DNA of 64,000 bases from Gemmatimonadota bacterium (GTDB lineage Bacteria > Gemmatimonadota > Gemmatimonadetes > Palauibacterales > KS3-K002). The notes below the pieces were generated by a model. That model saw nothing but the letters and a program-made list of their open reading frames with translations, searched no databases and was not told where the DNA came from. The DNA is taken from contig JBDHJS010000002.1 of NCBI GenBank assembly GCA_039586795.1, positions 114,546 to 178,545 on the forward strand, written 5' to 3'. The translations under genes were made by a program, and so were the position numbers. Positions 8,999-18,733 of this stretch are shown here, in pieces. The stretch's first letter is position 1. The number at the start of each line of letters is the position of its first letter.

Positions 8999-10261
8999 TC
9001 AGTGCTTTGGTTGGACATCCTTCGGCACGGTCTGCACGAACCCCCCGTACTGTATCGGTTCCTCAAGACGGCACGACCACGCGAGGCGACCGTTCCACAC
9101 CGTCATGTCGGGGCAGCCGTCGCACATGTTCTGCCGGCCGTCGGGCAGGACATCGATGGGCTGGATGATCATCACGGATTGGTAGCGAAGGCGACGGGCA
9201 GCCCGCAGGGGGTTCTTTAGAATCGATCGCAGGTAGGTGCCTGCGGTCTTACGAAGGCCCTTGTCGAACGGCGCGAGAGCCAGGTACGAGCGGCCGCGCC
9301 TGAGAACTTTCGGCCGGACATAGGCCAGGTAGCGGCCGTAACGAAGATGGTGGAGCGTCTGGGTAAGCTCCATGAACTTCGGACCGACATACCCGAATAC
9401 CTTGTCCTTCATTCCCAGGCGTCCGCTCAATAGCCACTTGAACGAGTCGGGCTGTTCGGTGCCGTTCAGATAGGCACAGGGCTGGAAGTCGGGGAGTCGC
9501 TCCTGAATCTTGGCCAGTATGTCGGTTGATTTAATGTTGATGCGGGGCGCGTCCGGATAGGCGTAGGGCACATCGGCCATCTGGATCTTTCCGCCGTCGA
9601 CGAAGTAGTCGAATGATCCGCCGAGCATCGCGGCTCTAAACGCTATGAACACCATGACGTGCACGATGTCGATGTGCTTCTGCGACCATTCGACCAGATC
9701 GGGCACGGTATCCAGCGTATCGTCGTAGACCGTCGAATTGAAGGCGCAGGACATGTCGCCGACTTCGGCGATCATCTCGGCAAATTGTAGCCTCAACTCG
9801 TTCAGCTCGATCTCGCTCTTTCCCTTCCAGTGCGGACGCCTCTGCTTGCTGTCGACATGGAGCGTCAGGCCCTTGAGGCCGGCACGCTTCAACTCGACGA
9901 GGAGGGCTCGGTCGAGAGCCAGGCCGTTCGTGTTGAGGATCGGCTTGATCCCGCGCTTCGCGATCATGGCGACGATATCCGGCACCTGCGGGTGGGTAAG
10001 CGGGTCGCCGCCGGCCACGGAAATCCCGTCACAGGTCCGGAGCGATGTAAAGACGTTCAGATCCTTGTCTATCTCGTCGAGCGGCTTGTGCCCTTTTGGG
10101 TCGTTCGTGCGGTAGCAGCCTTCGCAGTACAGATTGCAGGCTGCGGTCGGCTCGAGCCACGAGATAGCGTTATCCGGCAGATTCCAGGGTAGTCTGTAAA
10201 GCGTTCGGTGATCGAGCTTGCCGTTCATCTCCAGGTTCCTTTGGGCCGATTGGGCATTCAT
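8999..10261 (-). CDS. Radical SAM protein with C-terminal CxxC...C auxiliary motif
   Basis: CNLYCEGC, GGDPLTHP, NTNG; C-terminal MCDGCPD...WSC. True start may be the second Met (MNGKL). Confidence 0.92.
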   Translation of the reverse strand: MNAQSAQRNLEMNGKLDHRTLYRLPWNLPDNAISWLEPTAACNLYCEGCYRTNDPKGHKPLDEIDKDLNVFTSLRTCDGISVAGGDPLTHPQVPDIVAMIAKRGIKPILNTNGLALDRALLVELKRAGLKGLTLHVDSKQRRPHWKGKSEIELNELRLQFAEMIAEVGDMSCAFNSTVYDDTLDTVPDLVEWSQKHIDIVHVMVFIAFRAAMLGGSFDYFVDGGKIQMADVPYAYPDAPRINIKSTDILAKIQERLPDFQPCAYLNGTEQPDSFKWLLSGRLGMKDKVFGYVGPKFMELTQTLHHLRYGRYLAYVRPKVLRRGRSYLALAPFDKGLRKTAGTYLRSILKNPLRAARRLRYQSVMIIQPIDVLPDGRQNMCDGCPDMTVWNGRLAWSCRLEEPIQYGGFVQTVPKDVQPKH

Positions 10262-10484
10262 GGATGACGCCCATCCGGTTCTATCCTGAACCGATTATCA
10301 CTATCGATAACAGCGCTGATTGTGAGATCGACGGGTGGGGCCGGCCCGGCAAATCGAGTTAGCGGAACGCAGTGCGAACCGGGCATTTGCATGGTCGGCC
10401 CAACCTAGTGTGACGGCTCGGTCCGGGCAAGCGATATAGGGATTTTGCGGGACTAAACGCGATTCGAAACCGGGTTATGCACTC

Positions 10485-10515
10485 TGCCAACCTTTGAAGC
10501 GGTTAGGGCGTCTAA
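10485..10515 (+). promoter_or_regulatory. Putative ECF-sigma promoter
   Basis: TGCCAAC-N17-CGTCTAA, about 65 nt upstream of the DUF5916 gene; matches the AAC/CGTC ECF pattern. Confidence 0.5.
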
Positions 10516-10580
10516 CACGTAGTGAAGGAGCCAGAAGGACGCCCAAATGCTAGATAAACCGGGAGTAGTCAGGATATATC

Positions 10581-13259
10581 ATGGCAGCCAAGCTTGGCAG
10601 AATGGCGCTTTTCACGGCGCTGTTCCTGTCCGCGGTGGGCATCGCCCCTGCCCTGGCGGACCCTGAAGGGAAAGACTCGAAGAAGAAAGCCGAACCACCG
10701 CCCTATCGGGCTCTCGCGTCGCGAGCGACGCCGGGGACCCCCGAGATCGATGGGCTTCTGGACGACGCGGCCTGGGCTTTGGCGGAACCGATCAGCGGTT
10801 TCGTCCAGCGCGACCCGGACGAGGGTGAGCCGGCAACGGAGCGCACCGAAGTCCGCGTGCTGTACGATGACGGCGCACTCTACGTCGGCATTCGGGCCTA
10901 CGACAGCGAGCCCGACAAGATCATCGGGCAGCTGACCCGCCGCGACGCGTACTCTCCGTCGGATTGGCTCGTCGTCAGCATCGACTCCTATCTGGACCGT
11001 CGCACGGCGTTCGAGTTTCGCGTGAACCCGGCGGGTGTCGAGCGGGATTCGTATCTGTACGACGACACCAACCGGGACGATTCGTGGAACGCCGTTTGGG
11101 ACGTGGCGACGTCGAAGGACGCGGAGGGTTGGATAGCGGAGTTTCGGATTCCGCTGACGCAGCTCAGGTTCTCCGACGCGCCGCAGCAGGTCTGGGGCTT
11201 CAACGTCCAGCGTGTCATCCAGCGGAAGAACGAGATCGACTTCTGGAAGCCGATCGCGAAGGACGCGCCCGGCTGGGTGAGCGAGTATGGTGATCTGGCA
11301 GGCTTGGACGGAATTCAGCCGAAGCGACGCCTAGAAGTCCTGCCCTACGTGTTGGCTCAGCAGGCCTTCACGCCCGCCGTTCAGGGCAATCCGTTCCAGG
11401 ATGGCACCGAATGGTTCGGGAACGCCGGTGCCGATGTCCGCTATGGGCTGAACAACAGCCTGACGTTGAACGTGACGCTGAACCCGGACTTTGGCCAGGT
11501 GGAAGCGGATCCGTCGGTGGTGAACCTATCGGCGTTCGAGACCTTCTTTGCCGAACGGCGTCCATTCTTCCTGGAAGGCCAGAACATCTTTGATTTTCGG
11601 CTGAGCAACTTTAGCGGTGCCGAGCAGCTCTTCTACTCGCGGCGTATCGGTCGCGCTCCTCAGGGGTTCGCGGATCCGCGTGGCGGGTTCGTGAAGATGC
11701 CGCTCAACACGACGATCATTGGTGCGGCGAAGCTGACCGGGAAATCGGCCGACGGTTGGTCGATCGGCGTTCTCGACGCGGTGACGGCGGAGGAGAAGGC
11801 GACGGTCATCGCGGACGATGGTTCCAGATACCGCGATCCGGTGGAGCCGCTGTCGAACTATTTCGTAGGCCGCGTTTCGAAGGATTTCCGCGAAGGACAG
11901 TCGGCCGTTGGCTCGATCTTCACGGCGACGAATCGGAGCCTGCCGAACGAACTAAGGCACTTGCGTACGGCTGCTTATTCAGGCGGCGTCGATGCACGCA
12001 CGCGGTTTTGGAATGGCAACTGGGAGGTCAGCGGACAGTTGCTCGGCTCGCGGATCCAAGGCTCGCGGGCGGCGATCGAGATCGCTCAGCTGAGCCCGGC
12101 CCGCTACTTCCGGAGACCGGACGCGGACCACCTGACGTTCGATCCCAACCGCACGAATATGATGGGAACCAGCGGTGCGTTCTCGTTCGCGAAGATCGGC
12201 GGCGGCCATTGGCGGGGCGAAGTGACGGGTGAGTGGGTGTCGCCGGGCTTCGAGACGAACGACCTGGGCTTCCAGCGGCGGGCCGATGTGATGCGAGGCT
12301 CGGCATGGATCCAGTACCGCGAATTCACGCCGGGCAAGATCTTCCGACGTTACTCGCTCAACACAAACTTCTGGAACATGCAGACGTTCGGCGGCGAGCG
12401 GACGGCGACGGGGACGAACGTCAACGGAAACTTCACGCTGCTCAACTACTGGGGCGGCTGGGGTGGATTCAACTACGAGTTCCCGGCGTTGAACATCCTG
12501 GTTCTGCGTGGCGGCCCGGCGATGAAAGCGCCATCGGGCTACAATGCATGGGGTGGCTTCTTCACTGACAATCGTAAGAGCCTGGTTGCAGAATTCGGCG
12601 GTTGGTTCTGGACAGATCCGGAGCGTTCCCAGGCGGCCGGCGTGTCCGTGAACTTCAGCTACCGTCCGACTTCAAACATTCGCCTCGCGCTGGGTCCGTC
12701 GTATAACAGGATGCACGATGACTGGCAGTGGGTGACGAATCAGGATCTCGATGGCACGATGCGCTACTTCACGGGCGTGCTCGACCAGAACACTTTCTCG
12801 GTGACGACGCGTCTCGATGTGACGTTCACGCCGAATCTAAGCCTGCAGCTGTACGCGCAGCCCTTTGTGTCTTCTGGAGAGTACACGGCGTTCAGCGAGG
12901 TCGTGCAGCCTAAAGCGGACGTGTACGATGACCGCTTCGATCCGTTGGAGGAAGATCGACTGAGTTACGAGCCGGGCAGCGGCGGCGACCCGGGGACGTA
13001 CCATGTGGACCTCGATCGGAACGGCGAGACCGACTTCTCGTTCTCCGATCCCAACTTCAACTTCAAGCAGTTGCGGTCCACTGTGGTGTTGCGCTGGGAG
13101 TACATGCCGGGCTCGACGTTCTTCTTTGTCTGGTCGCAGGCGCGGACAGCGTTCGACTTCGACGGCAGCTTCAATCCGAGTCAGGACTTTCGCAGGCTGT
13201 TCGGAGCGGAAGGCGACAACATCTTCAGCATCAAGGTGAACTACTACATAACTCCCTGA
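10581..13259 (+). CDS. DUF5916-type outer-membrane protein with N-terminal CBM9-like domain
   Basis: Signal peptide, PEIDGLLDDAAW, NPDFGQVEAD, ERRPFFLEG, LFYSRRIG, aromatic beta-strand C-terminus. Confidence 0.85.
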   Translation: MAAKLGRMALFTALFLSAVGIAPALADPEGKDSKKKAEPPPYRALASRATPGTPEIDGLLDDAAWALAEPISGFVQRDPDEGEPATERTEVRVLYDDGALYVGIRAYDSEPDKIIGQLTRRDAYSPSDWLVVSIDSYLDRRTAFEFRVNPAGVERDSYLYDDTNRDDSWNAVWDVATSKDAEGWIAEFRIPLTQLRFSDAPQQVWGFNVQRVIQRKNEIDFWKPIAKDAPGWVSEYGDLAGLDGIQPKRRLEVLPYVLAQQAFTPAVQGNPFQDGTEWFGNAGADVRYGLNNSLTLNVTLNPDFGQVEADPSVVNLSAFETFFAERRPFFLEGQNIFDFRLSNFSGAEQLFYSRRIGRAPQGFADPRGGFVKMPLNTTIIGAAKLTGKSADGWSIGVLDAVTAEEKATVIADDGSRYRDPVEPLSNYFVGRVSKDFREGQSAVGSIFTATNRSLPNELRHLRTAAYSGGVDARTRFWNGNWEVSGQLLGSRIQGSRAAIEIAQLSPARYFRRPDADHLTFDPNRTNMMGTSGAFSFAKIGGGHWRGEVTGEWVSPGFETNDLGFQRRADVMRGSAWIQYREFTPGKIFRRYSLNTNFWNMQTFGGERTATGTNVNGNFTLLNYWGGWGGFNYEFPALNILVLRGGPAMKAPSGYNAWGGFFTDNRKSLVAEFGGWFWTDPERSQAAGVSVNFSYRPTSNIRLALGPSYNRMHDDWQWVTNQDLDGTMRYFTGVLDQNTFSVTTRLDVTFTPNLSLQLYAQPFVSSGEYTAFSEVVQPKADVYDDRFDPLEEDRLSYEPGSGGDPGTYHVDLDRNGETDFSFSDPNFNFKQLRSTVVLRWEYMPGSTFFFVWSQARTAFDFDGSFNPSQDFRRLFGAEGDNIFSIKVNYYITP

Positions 13260-13292
13260 GTGTTGGTGCCCGCTCCTCCGGGTACAGGGAAG

Positions 13293-13328
13293 AATGAGCG
13301 CCGTGGCACTCGAGTCGCGGCGCTCATT
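13293..13328. terminator. Hairpin downstream of the DUF5916 gene
   Basis: AATGAGCGCCG-N14-CGGCGCTCATT 11-bp stem; no strong U-tract. Confidence 0.5.
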
Positions 13329-13434
13329 GCATCGGCCTTCTACCTCTCCTTAAGATCGAGCATCAAATCGGGAGCGTGCGATGACAGTCGGGCGTCATAC
13401 TCCCGAGTTCCATCTCGGCGACTACGGAGGGGAT

Positions 13435-14172
13435 ATGCGGTTTGAAGGAAAAGTTGCGTTGGTGACCGGAGCATCGAGTGGCATAGGCAGAGCTTGCGCG
13501 ATGCAGTTCCGGGATGAAGGCGCTTCGGTTTTCGCGGTGGCCCGCCGTGAGGAACGGATGCAGGGAACGTTCAAGGAGTATGCGGTCTGTGACGTGCGGC
13601 AGGATGACCAGGTGCGCGCTGTTGTCGAGGCATGCGTCGACACGTTCGATCGGATCGACTACCTGATAAACGCTGCTGGCGTGATAGGCACCGGCGGTGT
13701 TCTTGATACGCCACCGGAAGAATGGAAGAGGTTATACGAGTCGAATGTGGACAGTCTCTACTACGTGACCCGACATGCCGCGCCGCACATGATCGAAAAC
13801 GGTGGAGCGATCGTGAACGTTTCGTCTGTCACCAGTTTGCGGCCGTACGGAAACTTGCTCGGCTACTGCTCGTCAAAGGCGGCGGTGGACATGTTCACGC
13901 AGTGCGTGGCACTGGAGCTGGCTCCGCACAACGTGCGAGTGAACGCGGTGAACCCGGGGGTGGTGGTTACCGAGCTACACACGGTGTCGAGTGCGGTGCC
14001 GGATTACGATGCGTTTCTGGAGCACTCGAAGACGACGCATCCGTTGGGGCGCGTGGGGCGCGCGGAAGAGATTGCGGCGTTGTGTGGGTTTCTGTGTTCG
14101 GATGAGGCGGGGTGGATTACGGGTGGGGTTTATTCGATTGATGGGGGGCGGCAGCTTTTATCGGCGCGGTAG
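13435..14172 (+). CDS. Short-chain dehydrogenase/reductase (SDR)
   Basis: TGASSGIG, NAAG, NVSS, YCSSK, NPG. Start moved to ATG 13435 after GGAGG. Confidence 0.93.
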   Translation: MRFEGKVALVTGASSGIGRACAMQFRDEGASVFAVARREERMQGTFKEYAVCDVRQDDQVRAVVEACVDTFDRIDYLINAAGVIGTGGVLDTPPEEWKRLYESNVDSLYYVTRHAAPHMIENGGAIVNVSSVTSLRPYGNLLGYCSSKAAVDMFTQCVALELAPHNVRVNAVNPGVVVTELHTVSSAVPDYDAFLEHSKTTHPLGRVGRAEEIAALCGFLCSDEAGWITGGVYSIDGGRQLLSAR

Positions 14173-14178
14173 GTTCAC

Positions 14179-15057
14179 CTAACCAACATGAACGGCGATT
14201 TCCCCGGCGACACGCGCATTGTTCTCCAATAACGCCGCGTTAGCTGCCAAAGATCGTCCGTCCGTATAATCCACAACCTGCTCCAACAAGAACGGTGTCA
14301 CCAGAGCTCCTTCAATTCCTTGCGCGCGTGCTGCGGCCAGGGCGCGAGCGACGGCAGCTTCGCTTTCTTCTCGGGTGAGCGCGGTTTCGGCGGGTGGCGG
14401 TACGCAGACCAGGATGGCGCCGGGCACGCCCATCGCTCGCGCGGCGCGCCAGAGCTCGGCCACCTCTTCGGCGCTTTGCACTGTCAGGTCGATGGGAAGG
14501 CCGCTTTCTGCCGACCAGAAAGCCGGGAACTCGTTCGTTTGGTAGCCGACAACGGTGACGCCCTGGGTCTCGAGCTGCTCGACGGTGGCCGGAATATCGA
14601 GGATCGCTTTGGCGCCGGAGCAGATCAGCACCAGAGGTGTTCTGGCCAGCTCGAGAAGGTCGGCCGAGATGTCGGGTGGTCCGAGGGTCACGTGGACGCC
14701 GCCGATCCCCCCGGTAACGGCTACGGTTAGGCCGGCGCGATAGGCCAGATGAAGAGTGGCGGCTACGGTCGTTCCTCCGCTGGCGCTGCCGGTGAGGGCG
14801 CCGGCCAGGTCGCGTGTGCTGAGTTTTCGTTCACAGCCTGCTATCCGCTGCAGCGCGTTGGGCTCGAGGCCGACGATCGGCTGGCCGTCGAGGACGCCGA
14901 TGAACGCCGGGTTGGCTCCGGTCGCATAGACGGCGTTCGACATCCGCGTGGCCACATCGAGTGCCTGGGGTGCTGGGAGCCCGGTGGTAAGAAACGCCGT
15001 CTCCAGCGCTACGGCTGGAGACGACGCAGAGAGTACTAACGGGTCGACGGCGCTCAA
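14179..15057 (-). CDS. psuG: Pseudouridine-5'-phosphate glycosidase family protein
   Basis: VALE, TTVAAT, TGGIGGVH, DISADL, GAKAILD (catalytic Lys), TPFLL, NNA. Confidence 0.85.
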   Translation of the reverse strand: MSAVDPLVLSASSPAVALETAFLTTGLPAPQALDVATRMSNAVYATGANPAFIGVLDGQPIVGLEPNALQRIAGCERKLSTRDLAGALTGSASGGTTVAATLHLAYRAGLTVAVTGGIGGVHVTLGPPDISADLLELARTPLVLICSGAKAILDIPATVEQLETQGVTVVGYQTNEFPAFWSAESGLPIDLTVQSAEEVAELWRAARAMGVPGAILVCVPPPAETALTREESEAAVARALAAARAQGIEGALVTPFLLEQVVDYTDGRSLAANAALLENNARVAGEIAVHVG

Positions 15058-17649
15058 CTAGAACCGCGTTCGCTCCGGCTGGCCGGAGCTGCCGAAGTAG
15101 ATGGCGTTGAACAAGAGCTTGAACGTCTCGTGCGGCTGACCGCGATGCTGCGGGCGGAAGCCGAACAGGATGACTCGTCCATTACCGGACCGCGCTTCCA
15201 AGAGTACGGACTTTCCGGTCAAGAAATCGGGCTGCAGGACGTAGCCACTCAAGAGTGGGTTCGCCTCTGTGTAGGAAGCGATGACGCTGACATCGTCGTT
15301 CTCCTCGGCCTGGAACACAGGGCTGTTCGAGTAGTAGATCGATGTCGTCGCGGGCATGCCGTAGCCGACCGGGTGTTCGGTATCGACGTTGACGCTGAAG
15401 ATGGAACCGGGCGCGTAGAACGCTTCGCCAGAGCGCTGGTCCTGGGAAGATGGGCGCACCTCGTCGATGGGCAGATCGAGGAGATCGATAGCGAACTCGC
15501 AGGAAGAATCGAGGCAGACCAAGGTTCCACCGTTTCGGACGAATTCGCGGATCGCCGAGCTTCCCTCATCGCCCAGGCCGCCGGCATACTCGCCGGGGAC
15601 GGTACCGGGCCTCCGCCCTTCGAGGATGGAGCCTGCGGAAAGATCGGGGATGACGATCACGTCGTAGCGTTGGCCGAGGTTGCCGACCCGGATCTCCGCG
15701 TCGTGAAGCGATTGGTACGGCAGCCCCCAGGAGTCGAAGACCCAGCGGGTCCACCCTTCATCCATCGATGCCGTCCAGGGTTGGTAGAGTCCAACGCGTA
15801 GCGATTCCATCGCCCTCGCGGTGGACGCGCCGGAGAAGGTGACCGCCGAGAGTCCCTGTGCTGCGGCCAATTCCTCCAGGACGGTTCTGGCGCCGCCGCC
15901 GGTGACTACAACGCTGCCGACTGGCCAGGTCTGGCCGCCGGATTCGACCGGCTCCGATAGAAACGCAGCGGAGCCGCCGCTGTCCATGATCCGGTTCACG
16001 GCCAGGTTGGCGGCATTCGTCACGTTGTCGAGGATGAAGGCGGGGCCCGTTCCGCTCACCGAGCCAGCCGGCGGTTGGATGGGCGCCGTGATCTCAGTGA
16101 GGTCAGCCTCGAAGGAAGCGCTGGCCTGCACGACGTCGACGCCCATCTGGAGCGGTAGGGTCCAACCGGCGGCGTCGTACGGCGTGATAGGCGGACCTCC
16201 GGGAAATTGACGACGATCGGGGTAGACCTGACGTTCCAGGAGATCTTTCACGTGAGCGCGGTAGGGCTGCGCCAACAAGATGACGTAGCTCCCGGCGGCG
16301 TACTCTAGGCCGTCGGCCGTGAAGGGCGATGTCGCCTGGTGAATATCGACGCCGCCGCGCTGAACGGTGGTAAGCATCGCCGCGGTGCTGGACGGATCCC
16401 GCTGATCGGCCGGGACGATGAAAGCATAAGGCGGGTCGTTTGTGCCGGCCTCGATGGCGCGGCGTCCGAGCTCAACGTAGTTGCGGATCAGCTTCTCGCG
16501 CTGACCCGCCGCCAGGCCAATCACGGCGTTGGCGGCGATGAGCTGATAGTCGATGATATCGCGGATCCGCCACCAGCCGCCGGGCCACGGGTTTGGGAAG
16601 TTGACCCCGCGGTCGGGCTGTCTGATCGACTGGCCGGGCTCTAGGAAGATGGGCGACGCGATGCGTGCGCTGGCCGCTTCCGAGAGAATACCAACCATGT
16701 TGTGCCGTGCCGGCACCGTTCGCAAACCGCCATGCCACCAGAGGTCGAAGCGCATCCGGTTCGCCACGCCCGACTTGCCGGCGGCTTCCAGATCGGTGGA
16801 GATCTGCAGCCCGAACAGCGAAATCGTTCGGACGAGCAGCGCGTCGAGATTGGGGTTCAGCGGGTCGCCGAACGGCGGAACGAAGAAACGCGCGCCGCTG
16901 CTACCCATCTGGTGAACGTCATAGACCACCTCGGGGAACCAACGGTCGTACAGCAGGTCGTTGAGCATCTGCGATTCGACCTGGGTGAGCATGAAGAAGT
17001 CGCGATTGTTGTCGTGGCCGACGTAGTAGTGGTAGAGCCACGGCATGCGGCTGCCTTCGTAGGGCGTACCCAGAGTGAGCTGGTACCAGTCGGTCACCAT
17101 CTGCTGACCGTCGGGGTTCATCGACGGAATAAAGAGGACGACGGCGTCTTCCAGTGCCGCAGTCAAGTCCGGGTCGGTAGCCAGATTGTATGCGAGCTCC
17201 ATTCCGCCCTGACTCGAGGCGATCTCGGTCGAGTGGATGTTGTGGGCGATGAGTACGACGGCCGGCTGAGATGCGACGATCGACTCCAGCTCACCCGGGG
17301 CGAGCCTTCGCGGATCGGCCAACTTGGCCTGGTTCTCCCGGATCTGCTCCAGGCGGGCCATGTTGGCCGGCGAAGTGGCGGTGATCAGCACGAAAGGACG
17401 ACCCTGAGTGCTCCGGCCCAGTGTGTCCATCCGAATCCCGGGCGACGCGGCGGCGAGCTGTGTGAGGTAGCCCGTGATGGATTCCCAGCCAGCCAGCCTG
17501 AAGTCAGCGCCTACCGGGTGACCCAGATAATCTGCAGGAGTCGGTACGGAGGCGACCTCTGGGGCGGTGGAAGTCTGGCCGGTCAGCGGGCCGGCGGTGA
17601 TCGCCAGAAGGGCGGCCAGGGCGAACGTCAGGTGACGAGTCTTGGTCAT
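15058..17649 (-). CDS. Secreted M14-family zinc carboxypeptidase with C-terminal GATase-like domain
   Basis: Signal peptide, IHSTE (HxxE), NPDG, DNNRD, DVHQMG, SMDEGWTRW. Confidence 0.88.
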   Translation of the reverse strand: MTKTRHLTFALAALLAITAGPLTGQTSTAPEVASVPTPADYLGHPVGADFRLAGWESITGYLTQLAAASPGIRMDTLGRSTQGRPFVLITATSPANMARLEQIRENQAKLADPRRLAPGELESIVASQPAVVLIAHNIHSTEIASSQGGMELAYNLATDPDLTAALEDAVVLFIPSMNPDGQQMVTDWYQLTLGTPYEGSRMPWLYHYYVGHDNNRDFFMLTQVESQMLNDLLYDRWFPEVVYDVHQMGSSGARFFVPPFGDPLNPNLDALLVRTISLFGLQISTDLEAAGKSGVANRMRFDLWWHGGLRTVPARHNMVGILSEAASARIASPIFLEPGQSIRQPDRGVNFPNPWPGGWWRIRDIIDYQLIAANAVIGLAAGQREKLIRNYVELGRRAIEAGTNDPPYAFIVPADQRDPSSTAAMLTTVQRGGVDIHQATSPFTADGLEYAAGSYVILLAQPYRAHVKDLLERQVYPDRRQFPGGPPITPYDAAGWTLPLQMGVDVVQASASFEADLTEITAPIQPPAGSVSGTGPAFILDNVTNAANLAVNRIMDSGGSAAFLSEPVESGGQTWPVGSVVVTGGGARTVLEELAAAQGLSAVTFSGASTARAMESLRVGLYQPWTASMDEGWTRWVFDSWGLPYQSLHDAEIRVGNLGQRYDVIVIPDLSAGSILEGRRPGTVPGEYAGGLGDEGSSAIREFVRNGGTLVCLDSSCEFAIDLLDLPIDEVRPSSQDQRSGEAFYAPGSIFSVNVDTEHPVGYGMPATTSIYYSNSPVFQAEENDDVSVIASYTEANPLLSGYVLQPDFLTGKSVLLEARSGNGRVILFGFRPQHRGQPHETFKLLFNAIYFGSSGQPERTRF

Positions 17650-17757
17650 TGGTCAATCCGTTGGTAGTTGTGGGGGATCGCGAGCGAAAGGTTACTCAGC
17701 GGGGCGGACTGAGCAAGGTCAGTGACGGTGTCCTGAGGATTCGTGGCCCATAGAGAC

Positions 17758-17784
17758 AAAAAAAGGGCGCCGCATGGCGCCCTT
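17758..17784 (-). terminator. Rho-independent terminator of the sigma factor gene
   Basis: Minus strand AAGGGCGCC-ATGC-GGCGCCCTT with the T run extending to 7, just after the stop. Confidence 0.85.
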
Positions 17785-17806
17785 CTCGATTCGGTTCCAC
17801 TTGAAC

Positions 17807-18733
17807 TCAGGCGGCCGCGAAGCTGGCCAGCGCCGAGCCCTTGTCGCCCTCGCGAAGCTCCTTCAGCGCACGGTCGCGCAGCTGCCGCACGCGCTCTCGC
17901 GTGATGCCGAGCTGCTGACCGATCTCCTCGAGGGTGTGCTCGCGGCCGTCACCCAGCCCGTAGTAGAGCCGTAGCACGAGCGCATCCCGCTCGCGAAGCG
18001 TCGAAAGCGCCTCGTCGATCTGCTCCTGAAGCAGTCGCTCCTCGACCTCGGTGTGAGCGGAAGTCGCCTCTTCCGTCACGAAGCGCTCGACCAGACTGGA
18101 GTCCTCGCTGTCGCCAATCGGCGCGTCCAGGCGGACCTCGCCGGCGTTCAGCGCCTCGAGCATCTCCACCGTCGCCGGGTTCATCTCCAGCCGCCGGGCG
18201 ATCTCCTCGCTCGTCGGCTCCCGGTCCAGATCCACCTTCAGCGACTGGCGCATCTTGAGGATCTTCGACAGTTCCGCGGCCCGGTTGAGCGGCACACGGA
18301 CAGAGCGCCCGTGATGAGCCAGGGCCGACAGAATCGCCTGCCGGATCCACCACACGGCGTAGCTGATGAACTTCACGCCCTGATCGGGATCGAACTTAAT
18401 GGCCGCCGTGACCAGGCCCAGATTCCCTTGCTGGATCAGGTCGCTGAGCGGCAAGCCCCGGCCCTGGTACTTCTTCGCGACCGAGATCACGAAACGGAGA
18501 TTTGCCTTACAGAGGGCCTGGATCGCGTCCACATCGCCCTTCTGTGCCTTGCGGGCCAGACGGATCTCCTCGTCCGGTGTGATCAGCTCGTGCTGACTGA
18601 CGTCCTGGAGATATTGATCGAGGGCCGAGTCATCCCCCGCCACCCGGCTCTTCAACGCCTGGCTGGCAATCCGCTTTGCCTTTCCAGCCTGTCGACCCAT
18701 TAGTGTTTCTCTTGTTACAGTTCCATTACCCAC
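17807..18733 (-). CDS. RNA polymerase sigma-70 factor, short RpoD/SigA family (no region 1.1)
   Basis: LDQYL, ANLRFVISVAKKY, DLIQQGNLGL, FISYAVWWIRQ, TLEEIG...TRERVRQ; GTG start with AGGAG. Confidence 0.95.
   Translation of the reverse strand: MGNGTVTRETLMGRQAGKAKRIASQALKSRVAGDDSALDQYLQDVSQHELITPDEEIRLARKAQKGDVDAIQALCKANLRFVISVAKKYQGRGLPLSDLIQQGNLGLVTAAIKFDPDQGVKFISYAVWWIRQAILSALAHHGRSVRVPLNRAAELSKILKMRQSLKVDLDREPTSEEIARRLEMNPATVEMLEALNAGEVRLDAPIGDSEDSSLVERFVTEEATSAHTEVEERLLQEQIDEALSTLRERDALVLRLYYGLGDGREHTLEEIGQQLGITRERVRQLRDRALKELREGDKGSALASFAAA

Noticed and set aside
10258..10392. 44-aa upstream ORF (MQMPGSHC...GRHP) overlapping the radical SAM start, considered as a RiPP precursor
   Set aside because: No clear RBS, rare codons (CTA, ATA, AGG, CGA), the ATGA overlap follows trivially from Met-Asn, and the enzyme shows no obvious RRE domain.
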